Shown in pieces: positions 27,810-41,744 of a stretch of 64,000 nt of DNA (its first letter is position 1; every line of letters starts with the position of its first letter). The position numbers and the translations under genes are program-made. The DNA is from Eledone cirrhosa (taxonomy: Eukaryota), in the NCBI GenBank assembly GCA_964016885.1, contig OZ024758.1, positions 30,938,001 through 31,002,000 on the forward strand, given 5' to 3'. The notes below the pieces were generated by a model. That model was not told the origin of the DNA. It saw only the letters and a program-made list of their open reading frames with translations, and ran no database searches.

Positions 27810-28208
27810 TTGTTTCTACTTTTGGCACAAGGCCATCAATTATCCAGTGCATTACTGGTACTTTATTTTATCGACCCCGTAAGGATGAAAGGCAAAGTTA
27901 ATCTCGGCGGGATTTGAACTCAGAATGGCAAGGGCCGTAACTCTATACGTAAATACATGGCGTCCGACCCTCCACCGATACTGCCGTTCCACCGCCCTTA
28001 ACCCTTAAATGTATATCAATATAATAAATGCTAATAGTTATAATTGTTTCTACTTTTGGCACAAGGCCAGCAATTACCCAGTGCATTACTGGTACTTTAT
28101 TTTATCGACCCCGTAAGGAGGAAAGGCAAAGTCAACCTCGGCGGGATTTGAACTCAGATCGTAAAGGGACGATCTGAGTTCAAATCCCGCCGAGCTAATA
28201 GTTATAAT
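27810..28208 (-). mobile_element. Two family-A SINEs; the second is 5'-inverted with a 15-bp TSD
   Basis: gctaatagttataat at 28030-28044 and 28194-28208. Confidence 0.88.
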
Positions 28209-28639
28209 AACAGCTAATTAGATAAGAATTATATTGATGATGTAAGCTAGACATTTTCTTGAAATATTAATAACAATAAAATGTACCTACGCTGCTTCAA
28301 TATTGCTTGTATTTCTCCGTCTAATGTATAATTCCAGTAAATTTTCTTCCAGTGTTAAATGTGATCGTTTCTAAAAATGCTTAACTTCCAGACTTATGAA
28401 TAAACGTAATTAAACGCTGACGTCGCCTCAGTGGTATATTCAAGACATTTTTACCGTATTTCAAAAGTTTCTTTGCTGAGATTAGCATTAAGCTCCAGGC
28501 TAGTGCCGTAGTACCGTAGATGAAAAATGCAACTGCATCCATTTTTCAATTTTCAAAAAGAATTAATATCATTTCGCCTAAAGAAGAAATATATTATAGG
28601 CCTCCTCACATAAAAGAAAAAGTATATATATATATATAC

Positions 28640-29999
28640 TTGAGAGTAACAATATGCTGAACTCCAACCAGCATGGATTCCGTAATGGAAGGGATTGCCT
28701 GACGCAGCTACTGCATCACTTTGAAGACATTTTGAGAGCCTTGGGAGAGGGTTCCAACACTGATGTTATCTACCTTGATTTCAGCAAGGCCTTTGACAGG
28801 GTTGATCATAACATTCTACTGAGAAAGCTGTCCAATATTGGTGTCACTGGAAAGCTGCTGCAGTGGATCAAGAGCTTCCTGTCAAACAGAACCCAACATG
28901 TTGTAGTTGAGGGAGTCAAATCAAGCCCAGCCAAAGTCAGTAGTGGGGTCCCACAAGGCACTGTGTTGGGCCCACTTCTCTTCATCATCTATATTAATGA
29001 CATCACTGACATCATCAAACACAGCAACATTAAAATTTTCGCTGATGATTCCAAGCTCCAAAAGGTCATCAATGGCGTGGATGACCGGATAAGCCTTCAG
29101 TCAGACCTACTGGCTGTTACCCAATGGGCAGAAAAGAACAACATGTTACTGAACGAAGACAAATTCGAACTGATCCACTTTGGAAAAGAGGATGCTCTGA
29201 AACTCCCGTACTCCCTTCCCTCCGGGGAAACTCTCGTGGCATCTAACAACATCAGAGACTTGGGAGTAACCGTGGACAGCAACATAAGCTGGACCACGCA
29301 TATAAGCAGCAAAGTTGACATGGCCCGCAGAATGTGTTCCTGGATCCTCAGAACCTTCCAGTCGAGAGATTCCCGCACCATTATCCTTCTCTTCTCTACT
29401 TTTGCCCGACCACACCTTGAATACTGTTGTCCACTGTGGTCTCCCCACACGAAACAAAGTATCATGAAACTTGAAGCTCCTCAAAGGGCAATCACGAAAA
29501 AGATAGATGGCATGTCAGACCTTGACTACTGGGGTCGATTAGAAAACCTGAAACTTTACTCACTCCAACGTCGCCGTGAGCGTTATATTATCTGCATGAT
29601 GTGGAAAATGTTCCATCATCACTGCCCAAATGATGTTGGCATCGCCTTCAAGATACACCCAAGGCTTGGGCCCCGTGCTATCCGTCCCATTCAAAAATCT
29701 AAATCGCAACTCATAACAACAATACGGCACAATTATTTCACCTCAATCGGCCCTGCTCTCTTCAACATCACACCAGGACACGTCAAAACAGAAACTGACC
29801 ACACAAAATTCAAGAAGTCTTTGGACAAATTCCTCCAAGTAATCCCGGACAAACCACCCACACCCGGATATGTCTCCGCAAACAGTAATTCTCTTCTCGA
29901 ATGGGCCATGGTGCCCAAATCCTGAATTGAAAGACTTCGCCAGGTGGTGCTATTAAGTTAGACATGGCCTGGGCCAATACTGGCCAAAACATTTCAAAG
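28640..29999 (+). mobile_element. CR1/L2-group LINE, 5'-truncated, with an intact 423-aa RT ORF (28654-29925) and a short 3' UTR
   Basis: QHGFR, YLDFSKAFDRVDH, SGVPQGTVLGPLLFIIYINDI, FADDSKL, RDLGV, SLQRRRERY. Confidence 0.95.
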
Positions 30000-30335
<336 letters not shown>

Positions 30336-30544
30336 CCACCGATATCCAGAGTTGACATTGCACTCAGTGTTCCTTTGGGAGCCCCTACATGGACACGCTA
30401 GAAGAGGAAGACCAAGGTTAACGTATGTTGATGCCCTAAGGACAGACACTGGTCTGTTGGAGACGCAGGACATGGCAGCGATAATGAGGGACAGAGACCG
30501 CTGGAGAGAACTCGTCCATGGATCTCGGGAATTTTACCCGCCTT

Positions 30545-30546
<2 letters not shown>
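30336..30546 (+). mobile_element. RTE-like LINE 3' end
   Basis: [34 protein letters not shown], typical RTE-group ORF C-terminus. Confidence 0.8.
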
Positions 30547-30582
<36 letters not shown>

Positions 30583-30597
30583 CGTTTCTGAAAGTAT

Positions 30598-30693
<96 letters not shown>

Positions 30694-30721
30694 TATATAT
30701 ATTTATATATATATATATATA

Positions 30722-32105
30722 TTTAGGTTTGAAGGTTCACCACTAGATAGAGCTGGTCATTCCGTATGGTCAATCTTGATGTAATAATATGGAGAGTACT
30801 CAACGTAAAGCGGCTCAACCGTCTTCGTTTGTGTAGTTGGTGGTGCGTGTACGGAGTTAAATATTATAATAAAATAAAATGACGGTGGGAATTCAGCTCT
30901 TCCGTGTTCGGACACATTGCACCTGTCATGTGGATCAAGGAAAACTAATGTTAGTTAAACAGTAAATTGATATTAAAACTAATGTTTATCGAGTTTCATA
31001 GACGTCGGATTGGGGGTCATATCACCTCGCCAGCCGAAAGTATATTGAAATTCTTCGGTCAGTTCTCCTAGAAACAAGTCAACCTGTTATGAGTTGCCTT
31101 TAACTGCATGCTGACTTGATTCCGTTACACCTCTTAGTTTGCTCATCACTGTTGCTATCGTTGTTATTTCTGTTAGAAAGGAGCTTTGCGTGGTTAGATG
31201 AACCGATGTTTTGTGCAAAGTTGAGTGTAGTGCCGTACGAAAGTGTTTCCGTTGATGATATTGTGGTAGCGGTGTTGGGGTGGGAAGTGTTTGTCAAGAA
31301 GTTGAGTAAGATCTTCGCAGTTGGTGTTACAACCTCAGCATTGTGGGGAAGATTCAACCACGTTACGTGGCGTGAGTGTTGGCGTCGCCTGCTAGATCCG
31401 CTAGTTGGACCTGGAAAGGTCATCCTTGAAGCCGCTTCTTTTGAGGGCCTGATAGTAGTGTGGGGCGTGTTCATTGAAGATCTGCTCATTTGCAGACAAG
31501 CGTGATATACAGAGGGAGATATTTGTTTTACTAAATCATGGTTAATATTTCTTGGATGGCTGGAAAAGCGGTGGATATAATGTAAGTTCTCCTTCGGTTT
31601 CCTGGAGGGTAATACAAAGTGTTCTCCAGATTTAGTGTTACATCCAAAAAGTTGATACAGGTAAGAACGTTTGTAGAGTGATTCTAAAACCCAAATCTCG
31701 GAAGAATTTGATGAGGTGTTTACGGACCCGGTCCGTACTACTGGGTTTGTACCCTATGAGCGTAACAAGCCCGGCATCACAAACCACCTCCGAACGCAGA
31801 AAACTTTTCAATGAGCTTTTGGAGTATGAATAGACCTATGAGGTCCGTTACCTCATCCGAGTCAGTAGAACCCATACTATCGTCGAACGGAAAATCTGGG
31901 GCTCTTTTTATCCAGGTAGAATTATCGAAGAGCAAGTCGGTCTTCCTAGCGTAGAATATGAGTTCAATTTCTTGGTCGGTAATGAGTTTTGGCATGATCT
32001 AAAGCTGCCAAAAGGAGTGGTCGGGTTATCGAGGCTTAGTAGTTCTCGATATCGAACTGGACAAAAGTGGTATTCCCTTTGTCCTCGATATTCTTGAACC
32101 AGGAG
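30722..32105 (-). pseudogene. Decayed PLE (Hydra-clade-like) RT fragment with 3' tail
   Basis: WFKNIEDK..FVQFDIENY*ASI, WIKR..FDDSMGSTDSDEVTDLIGLFIL, TWLNLPH (WFNPPY-like). Confidence 0.85.
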
Positions 32106-32267
32106 ATTATTTCCTGAGTACTAATCCATAGGCTAAGCCTCGCATCTTGCTTAACTTTGGATATAATAAGATCCAAGATCGAGGTATTTTAAAATTATTT
32201 TTAAGTGAACATGATTTTTTACAAATATTTTGAAGTGAACGTGACCTAACGGGTGTTGGTGGCTCTA

Positions 32268-32315
<48 letters not shown>

Positions 32316-32317
<2 letters not shown>

Positions 32318-32514
32318 CGAAGGGGGTGTGGTAAGGAACCAGATGGACCATAACGCACCAGAGTACTCAATACTTAGGGTAGTAGAATTGGTATTAGGAA
32401 AATGTGTAAACCCGACGGCAGAGCTCAAGCCGTTTCAACGGCTGTTTCTGGACTAGTAGTCCAGAAATAGCCGGCGAAACGGCTTGAGCTCTGCCGTCGG
32501 GGTTAAACATTTTC
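32316..32514 (-). mobile_element. gagctc-family hairpin plus tail element
   Basis: Homologous to 10786-10982. Confidence 0.88.
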
Positions 32515-32665
32515 ATATATATGTATATATATATATATACTAGACCAACCATGAGCGGTTCCTCGAAGGACTAACAGCACACCCAGGAGCTGGACATATC
32601 GATGTATTGATAGAGTTAAACGCACTTCAACAACATGTGTACCTGTCTTTTCCACACCAATTCGG

Positions 32666-32720
32666 ACTGCCTGAAGAGGTCACAGCAAATGATGGCTGTC
32701 ACCGAAATATATATAGCAGT
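32666..32720 (+). ncRNA. Type I hammerhead ribozyme
   Basis: actgc-CTGAAGA-ggtcacagc..gctgtcacc-GAAA-tatata-TA-gcagt. Confidence 0.87.
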
Positions 32721-32771
32721 ATATCTATAAGTTATAATAAACGAAGCCAAATTTTACATATTTGACTTACT

Positions 32772-32831
<60 letters not shown>

Positions 32832-33413
32832 GTATGTATCTCCGCAGAAAAGGTAAAGGAAAGAAGAGTGCTCTATGTATAGTACAGAGCTATTTAACTA
32901 TATAATAAACAACACAATATAATTATTCCATTACCTAAGGTTTCACGAAATTAGACGATTCTACCAGAAGCCTCCAGCTGGTCCACCTGATATACGAACT
33001 GGACGTTTCTGGTAGAATCGTCTAATTATCACTCAATGAAAATATATAACATAGAACTAGGCATGACTCCGTGATCAATATGTCATTTATATATATATAT
33101 ATATATATATGTCTCAATATTTAGTAGTTAGCTGAAAAGTATATATATAGTAATAATAATAAAAAATTTGAAGACTAAAATAATAAATATATATATATAT
33201 ATATATATAAGTATGTACACGTACATACATATATGTATACAGACGTACAGTAGTATGTATATATATATACATACATGCACATATATATATATGTACGTAT
33301 GGATTCACCGAACATTTATTATAATGCTCGGTGTGTTTGTAAACAAACATCCCGTATTAAGCGGTAGTGTCTAGCAACCATCGTTGTTCGTTTGTTCAAC
33401 ACTGACAAAGGAA

Positions 33414-33454
33414 CGCTGTACTAGTTTCAAGCTTATTAGCTATCGTCAGCAATG
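33414..33454 (-). ncRNA. Minimal type I hammerhead ribozyme
   Basis: cattg-CTGACGA-t-agct aata agct-t-GAAA-ctag-TA-cagcg. Confidence 0.85.
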
Positions 33455-33890
33455 TATACCTTCTTGCCAGATTGTTGAACGTATATACTTACCTTTTGCA
33501 TATTAACGGCTGAGTAGCCCAATTTGCATATCGAGTGGGTTAATCGGCCGGGTGCACCGAAAACGATAAACGGAAAAAATGAAACGAAATTTCATTTCCC
33601 ACTCTTAGTACGGCTGTTACTTAAATATAAGTATGTATATATATATACATACATGCACACACATATATATATGCACGTATGGATTCACCGAACATTTATT
33701 ATAATGATCGGTGTGTTTGTAAACAAACATCCCGTATTAAGAGTGGGAAATGAAATTTCGTTTCATTTTTTCCGTTTATCGTTTTCGGTGCACCCGGCCG
33801 ATTAACCCACTCGATATGCAAATTGGGCTACTCAGCCGTTAATATGCATAAGGTAAGTATATACGTTCAACAATCTGGCAGAAAGGTATA

Positions 33891-33931
33891 CGTTGCTGAC
33901 GATAGCTAATAAGCTTGAAACGAGTACAGCG
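33891..33931 (+). ncRNA. Minimal type I hammerhead ribozyme
   Basis: cgttg-CTGACGA-t-agct aata agct-t-GAAA-cgag-TA-cagcg. Confidence 0.85.
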
Positions 33932-34312
33932 TTCCTTTTTGAGTGTTGAACAAACGAGCAACGATGGTTGCTAGACACTACGGCTTAATACAGGATGTTT
34001 GTTTACAAACACACCGAGCATTATAATAAATGTTCGGTGAATCCATACGTGCATATATATGTGTGTGCATGTATGTATATATATATATACATACTACTGT
34101 ACGTCTGTATACATATATGTATGTACGTGTACATACTTATATTTAAGTAACAGCCGTACTAAGAGCGGGAAATGAAATTTCGTTTCATTTTTTCCGATTA
34201 TCGTTTTCGGTGCACCCGGCCGATTAACCCACTCGATATGCAAATTGGGCTACTCAGCCGTTAATATGCATAAGGTAAGTATATACGTTCAACATTCTGG
34301 CAGAAAGGTATA

Positions 34313-34353
34313 CGTTGCTGACGATAGCTAATAAGCTTGAAACTAGTACAGCG
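34313..34353 (+). ncRNA. Minimal type I hammerhead ribozyme
   Basis: cgttg-CTGACGA-t-agct aata agct-t-GAAA-ctag-TA-cagcg. Confidence 0.9.
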
Positions 34354-35440
34354 TTCCTTTGTCAGTGTTGAACAAACGAGCAACGATGGTTGCTAGACAC
34401 TACGGCTTAATGCGGGATGTTTGTTTACAAGCACACCGAGCATTATAATAAATGTTCGGTGAATCCATACGTGCATATATATGTGTGTGCATATATGTAT
34501 ATATATATACATACTACTGTACGTCTGTATACATATATGCATGTACGTGTACATACTTATATTTTAGTAACAGCCGTACTAAGAGTGGGAAATGAAATTT
34601 CGTTTCATCTTTTCCGTTTATATATATATATATATATGCATATGTGTGTGTGTGTGTGTGTATATGTGCATGCGTATGTATGTGTATATGTATTTGTATA
34701 TGTATGTGTATTTGTGAGAGTGTGTGTATGTATTTATTTTTACGTATGTATGTGTACGTGCACTTGTGTGTATTGCTTACCACGTGTGTTTGTTCATTTA
34801 TTTGTTGCCTGTATCGTTGTCAACATTATAATAATCTTTATATTCATTTTTATTCTTATATGACGGTATTTTTATTATATTTTTCTTATATTTATTTGTG
34901 TGTGTGAGTATGTAGGTGTATGTACATATTTCTATATTTGTGCATGCGTGTATATATGTGTGTATGTATGTGTATGTATGTATGATTGTGTGTATGTATG
35001 TATGTGTATGTATATATGTATGTATATGTGTGTGTATAAATGTGTGTATATATATATGTGTATATATGTGTATGTGTATGTATGTATATATATGTTTATG
35101 TATATATATATATATATATATATGCATGTATATGTGTGTTTGTGTGTATGCACGTTTGTGTATGTGTATGTATGGATATGTTGATAATTATGTGTGTATG
35201 TATGTGTATATGTATGTGTATGTATATATATATACACATATATATATGTGTGTGTGTGTATATGTATGTGTGTATGTATATATATATATAAATGTGTATG
35301 TATATAATTTGTGTGTGTGTGTGTGTGTGTGTGTTGCATGTGTGTTTATTTTTCCTTTCCTTCTTCCTTTTCCAGCCTCACTTTCATATAGATTATATTT
35401 TTGCTTTTAAAATCCAATGCCAATAAATACACCAGGATTT

Positions 35441-35501
35441 TTTCATTCTGATGATTGAAAGCAAAATTTGTTTGCTTTTAATAAACCACTGGTAAATGAA
35501 A
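35441..35501 (+). ncRNA. Hammerhead ribozyme with mutated GAAA box
   Basis: tttcatt-CTGATGA-ttgaaagcaaa..tttgcttttaa-TAAA-ccactgg-TA-aatgaaa. Confidence 0.6.
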
Positions 35502-35616
35502 TAATTGCCTTATGTTGTTTATTACATAACTATTAAGCTCTGTTACCTACATATAGCACTCTTTTTTCCTGGACTTTTCCGACGGAATTACTTCATATAT
35601 ATATATATATATAACA

Positions 35617-35776
35617 TAAAAAGGACGATTTGTCTTCATTACGTTTATTGAGTACTGACGCGCGTTTCGCTATTGATCAGCTCAAGGTTCGATGTGTATT
35701 GATCTAGCCCGACTCTGGATCAAAAGCTCGTCACTACTCAATAAACGTAATGAAGACATAACAAATCATCCTTTTT
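35617..35776 (-). mobile_element. Short fold-back element containing an HHR truncated at its core
   Basis: Minus: (g)TGACGA-gc..gatc...gatc..gc-GAAA-cgcgcg-TC-agtactc; inverted arms 35617-35654 and 35735-35776. Confidence 0.65.
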
Positions 35777-35786
35777 ATTATTATTA

Positions 35787-36162
35787 TTGGCAGTATCAGT
35801 AGAGGGTTGGACGCCATTCTTTCCAGCAGAGTTACATCCCCTTACATTCAAAGTTCAAATCCCGCCGAGGTTAACTTTGCCTTTCATCCTTACGGGGTCG
35901 ATAAAATAAAGTACCAGTAATGTACTGGGTAATTGCTGGCCTTGTGCCTAAAGTAGAAACAATTATTATTATTATTACACTCTGCTTTGCAGCATAGAGT
36001 TATGGCCCTTTATGATCTGAGTTCAGATCCCGCCGAGTTAACTTTGCCATTCATCCTTACGAGGTCGATAAAATAAAGTACCAGTCACGCACTTAGGTCG
36101 ATTTAATCGACTTTCCCCTCCCCAAAAATTACTGGTCTTGTGCCAATATAAGAAACAATTAT
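35787..36162 (+). mobile_element. Two tandem family-A SINEs
   Basis: Homology to 3216-3412. Confidence 0.88.
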
Positions 36163-36256
36163 TACACTCTGCTTAGTACTACACCTCTAGATTTACTGGA
36201 AACTAAACGTCGAGTGCTCACTCTGGTGAACCTACAGTAACCGGACGTTACAATAC

Positions 36257-36337
<81 letters not shown>

Positions 36338-36454
36338 CACGCGCGCGCGTGCGTGTGTGTGCGTGTGTGCGCGCGTGTGTATATATAAACACACACACAC
36401 AGGAATTGATGATTCAAGACCTTAGCGGTTTTTTCGTATAACCAATCTCTTATA

Positions 36455-36517
36455 TATTTTATCTGATGAAAACGTACTGAAACACCATTGTACCTTTGAA
36501 ATATGTATAATAAAATA
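36455..36517 (+). ncRNA. Type I hammerhead ribozyme
   Basis: tattttat-CTGATGA-aaac gtac..gtac cttt-GAAA-tatgta-TA-ataaaata. Confidence 0.72.
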
Positions 36518-36570
36518 TATACTTTGGTTATGATAATATTTCTCATTTATTAATATTTTGAATAATATTA

Positions 36571-36634
<64 letters not shown>

Positions 36635-37819
36635 GGGGGGGAGAGGAGAGAGAGCTTGTGCTTTGTATGTAAACCAGATTGAGAAATGGAGTTGACAATC
36701 CGGTTTTAATGATAATGACGAGCAAGAGTGTCTTTTCATTAATGAATGATATTAGAGGTAAAGAGAAGTCTAGTACTAGAAATTCAATAAAGTATGGATT
36801 GGAATTTATGAGACAGAAAAATTAATAATTACTCGTCCATTTGATTCTAAAGACTATTTATAGGCTAAAATCGAATCTCCTTCCGTGGGAAATAAATATA
36901 GAGTCTGTTTAATCCTTGTAAATAGTCATCTCCATGTTAGAAACTTATCATTTATTTGTTGTAAGGCTTTTCTCTTACTTCTTATGCGGCCCAGGATATA
37001 TTTCACAATATAGTAGAGATAAGTCACCAGGAATACAACATTTTAGCCCATATTACACCTACCGCTCTCCTACAATACTACTAAATGCATTAATTCCTTA
37101 CTAATATATTTGGTAAACGCTGCAAGGTTGGTACATTGTTTTGTTTAGATTATAACATGTACGAGATCCAGTAACAAGTTTGGAAATTGTAGCCTGCCTC
37201 TTCCCATAAAGATACCGTTTTCCAACGAATCATGACATAAGATATCCATTCAAGATAAAATAAAGAATTGCTGAAGGGCTTCAACCAAAAACCATTAACC
37301 TATAAATATAGAGTACAATCTCCTTAAGCGTCAGCTCTACTTAACCGTACTTAATCTTTTTCATGCATATATGACAATATGTCATTTCATTTGGATATAA
37401 AAATACAAAAATACATTTAAGACAACAACGTAATAGATGCAGAAGATGCGTAGGAAAATAAAACACCCAAAAGTACACAACAACTATAATAACAAGGTCA
37501 TTTTTCATTAATTTTTTGTACGATTTCTTTTGTTTTCATTGTATATTTTGCTGCTGTATCAAATTATGAATTATTAATATTTTTGTTATATTACTAGATA
37601 TCTGTCAGATTGATGTGAAGGGTTTTTAAGAGTTGTTTGCTTTGATGTTATATTTGGAAATACTTCACTTCCTAACAACATATTCTCTTTGTTTCTTTGT
37701 TTCTTCTATGTAGCTCTTTCTCTTGTATACCCTGCTTATGTGCTTGTGTGTTGTGTTTGTGTGTGTGTATTTGGGTGTGGGTGTGTTTGTGTGTTTAAGT
37801 GTTTCTGTGAGTGTATGTG

Positions 37820-37862
<43 letters not shown>

Positions 37863-38045
37863 CCCGAATCTTCCTGGTCGTTCTTTTTCGGCTGCACGGG
37901 TGATTTTAGGTTTGATCTCTGTGTGTTGGTATTTTAACGATAGTTATAGCTCTGGTTTATCCAAACTATTGAGCCCTCTGCCACACATGTCGGATATTGT
38001 TTATCGTGATTTCGTGGGCCGATATTCCGATTCTCGATCTTTCTA

Positions 38046-38107
<62 letters not shown>

Positions 38108-38653
38108 CTGTTGCTCTGATTCAATAAGTGGCTTTATCTGAGATAGTAGGATTGAACTGAAACTAATACATAGTCGAAGAGTCGATTTCGCAATTAAAGA
38201 ACACAACAAAAACTGTTCTATTTACATCTCATTCGTGTAAAAAAGATTCGTCTAGCTTCTGACAACAGCCAGAAGAGGAAACAATCAAAGAAAAACTATG
38301 TACAAATGAATTTTGATATTTTATCGCTTGAAGAAAATAAATTCGTGTATTTCACAATGAATTAATCGTGTTGAAGAAAAGTTGATCAAATTTTGGATTC
38401 TTGAAAATATTTTAGCTTAAATTAAGCTATTTTAGCTTAAATTAAGCTATTTTAACGTAATTGTCAAGTCTCGAAGGGTTTATACGCCGAACTTGTTCGA
38501 CTATATTCATATGAAAAATATTACAATGAAACAACTTACTTCAAGCTTAAACACTTTCAGGGAATTTTACGTTTTGGGTGTTAGTCCTTCATTGGAAAGA
38601 AAAGAAACATGGGAAAAGCAGAAACGGAGGAATGATGGCCATTATCTATAAAG

Positions 38654-39423
38654 TGATTGGCAGTATCGGTAGAGCGTCAGACACCATGCTTTGCAGCATA
38701 GAGTTATGGCCCTTTACGTTCTGCGTTCAAATTCAGCTGAGGTTAAATTTGACTTTCATTCTTTCGGGGTCGATAAAATAAAGTACCAGTAATGTACTGG
38801 GGATAATTGCTGGCCTTGTGCCAAAAGTAGAAACAATTATAAATTAATTACTTTTCAAAGGCGGTGGATTGACAGCATCGGTAGAGCGTCGGACAACATG
38901 AGTTTAGCGTTGCTTTTCATTCTTACGATGTCAATAAAATAAAGCACCAGTAATACACTGGGGTTGATTTAACCGACTTTCGGCTCTCCACATATTGCTG
39001 GCCTTGTGCCTAAAGTAGAAACAATTATTATTGGCAGTATCGGTAGAGCGCCGGACAATATGATTTGTGGCATAGAGTTACGTCGATTTACGTTCTGAGT
39101 TCAAATCTTGTCAAGGTTAGCTTTGCTTTTCATCCTTACGGGGTCGATAAAATAAAGCCCCAGTAATGTACTGGGGGTAATTGCTGGCCTTGTTCCAAAA
39201 GTAGAAACAATTATTATTTTTGGCAATGGATTGGCGGTGGATTGGCAGTATCAGTAGAGGGTCGGGCGCCATGCTTTCCAGCATAGAGTTACGTCCCTTT
39301 ACGGTCCGAGTTCAAATCTCGCCCAGGTTAGTTTTGCCTTTCATCCTTACGGGGTCGATAAAATAAAGCCCCAGTAATGTACTGGGGGTAATTGCTGGCC
39401 TTGTTCCAAAAGTAGAAACAATT
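38654..39423 (+). mobile_element. Four head-to-tail family-A SINEs
   Basis: Four repeats of ggcagtatcggtagag...gtagaaacaattat. Confidence 0.9.
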
Positions 39424-40492
39424 ATCTATAAAGTGAAGAAGAGGAAATATTGTAAGGGTGGATGAAATTGCTGACCCCTGGTTTGGCATCAGGAGCGAGG
39501 TGTGGGCCTACATGTACGTGTGCCTGTATGATTGCGCCAAAGTGTGTATGGAGTAGTAAAAGCTGGGTATTTAAGTCCCTCGATAGTTCTGGTGTATTCC
39601 TTTACTTGAGCTGTATTGATTGCATGCGGTGTGTTAGTCTCGGTCAGATATGTGTGTGAGGGGAGGCTGTGATAATGTGTGTGGTGGGGGTATTTTGGGG
39701 GGAATGTGTGCGTTTAGTGATGCAGCTCGTTTGTGGATGTGAGTGTGAGATCGTATGTCTAGTCAAGTATTTCTACTGGCTTCAGTGAATGAGTGCTTTG
39801 TGCATTCTGGCGTATGTATGCAGAGTGTGTGGGTACGCGTAGAATATAAATTGGGTGTGTTTTGTGTGCGTGTATTTAAGTATCTAGTGATGATAATAGC
39901 ATATAAGCGCCTTTACCGGTAGTGTGTTTGTGATTCGAAATATCTTGTGTGTGTGTGTTTGCAATATAAGTGAAGTGCACCTGTACTAAATGACTCCCAC
40001 AGCCATAGTGTTTCACTGGCACTTAAGCACATGTTTAATCTTTCAGATATCCGTGTTGTGTAAAGCGTTGGCTTCATTTGAATGGATTTAAATGTAATTC
40101 CTTATTGATTGTTTGTAAGCTAGGTTGCCTCTGGATTTGCTGGATCATGTGATCAAAATCGAAATGGACTGTAGCATAAATCATTGTTATTGCTATATAA
40201 TTGCACTACAATAGCGTAGGGGCAGTATCTCATCCTATGTTAACTCTCTTCCGTAAGGGAGATATCTCCTTCATTCTATCTGGCGTTATTTTCTGATTTA
40301 CCTTGTTGAAACTGGACAAGGGATATGATGGCAATTGAAGGTGACCTTGGATTTATTCCTGTAGGATATTGTGGTCTGCTTCGGGATGGACAGTTTCTTT
40401 AGACATCCTGAGCCTGCAATCACGTAATCCTTTCTCTGTAACGATATAAGCTAGCAATGTTTTACAGTTAACTCATAATAATAATAATAATA

Positions 40493-40740
40493 ATTGTTTC
40501 TACTTTTGGCACAAGGCCAACAATTAACCAGTGCATTACTGGTACTTTATTTTATCGACCCCGTAAGGATGAAAGGCAAAGTTAACCTCGGCAATAATAA
40601 TAATTGTTTCTACGTTAGGCACAAGGCCAGCAATTACCCAGTGTATTACTGGTACTTTATTTTATCGACCCCGTAAGGATGAAAGGCAAAGTCAACCTCG
40701 ACGGGATTTGAATAACATCGTAAAGGGACGTAACTCGGCA
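40493..40740 (-). mobile_element. Two truncated family-A SINEs in an (AAT)n tract
   Basis: Homology to the SINE 3' half. Confidence 0.85.
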
Positions 40741-41067
40741 ATAATAATAATGATGATGAAAATTATTGCGTACAGTGCTCAGCTGCACTACAACTCATCA
40801 AAGGTGTATCTCATCATTTACTATAACAGCCATGAAAGTAGTGTTTTAATAATCGACTTAGGAAAGCTAAATGTCTCAAATAGTCTGTAGAGGGATCCTG
40901 AGAAATTACATAATTAATTCAACCCCTTGAATAAAAAAATATATTTATTAAAGAACATATCTACTGCTATTTATAATACAACTGGAATCAGGCCCAACCT
41001 CTTCTCTCAAGTTATAAATAGATTACCTATTATGACAGACCAAGACACATTGCAGTAATTAGCAATA

Positions 41068-41186
41068 CTAGCTGTTAATATTGTTTCTACTTTAGGCACA
41101 AGGCCAGCAATAACCCAGTTCATTACTGGTACTTTATTTTATCGACCCCGTAAGGATGAAAGGCAAAGTTAGCTGTTAATATTGTT
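41068..41186 (-). mobile_element. Truncated family-A SINE with TSD tagctgttaatattgtt
   Basis: Direct repeat on both sides. Confidence 0.85.
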
Positions 41187-41699
41187 CGGGCATTCTTACA
41201 TGTGTGGTAAGCTTAAACACATCTGTCCATGTTTGCTAACATGTATCTAATTCTTCTTTTATGTAAAACACAACAAATCTTGATGCATTTCTAAAATTAT
41301 GTATGATAAAAGAAAATATTTACTTTTATTTATTTAACAGCAAAAAAAATTTAATAGAAAAATAGATTGAGAAGAAATAAGGAATAATAATAGTTTTGGT
41401 GAAGAAATGTTATATCTATTTCATATTGTTTAATGACCCCTAATATACATATGGTATCGCCTTTTATATCTATTTCATATTGTTTAATACCCCATAATAT
41501 ATGGTAACGTCAAAGGTTAAATGTTATTTCAGAAAATCAATTCCTCAGGGAATGAGTTTATTTGTAAAGAACTCATCTTTTAATGCAATAGTATATTTTG
41601 AAATGTAATCAGAATTATTATTATTGTGATTATTATTATTATTATTGTTATATATACATACACACACACATATATATATTTATATATATATAATATATG

Positions 41700-41744
<45 letters not shown>

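Larger units (their letters stand above)
33205..34620. mobile_element. Tandem and inverted array of a 422-bp HHR monomer (non-LTR retrozyme-like)
   Basis: About 1.2 units on minus (33205-33735), then about 2.1 tandem units on plus (33737-34620). Confidence 0.9.
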
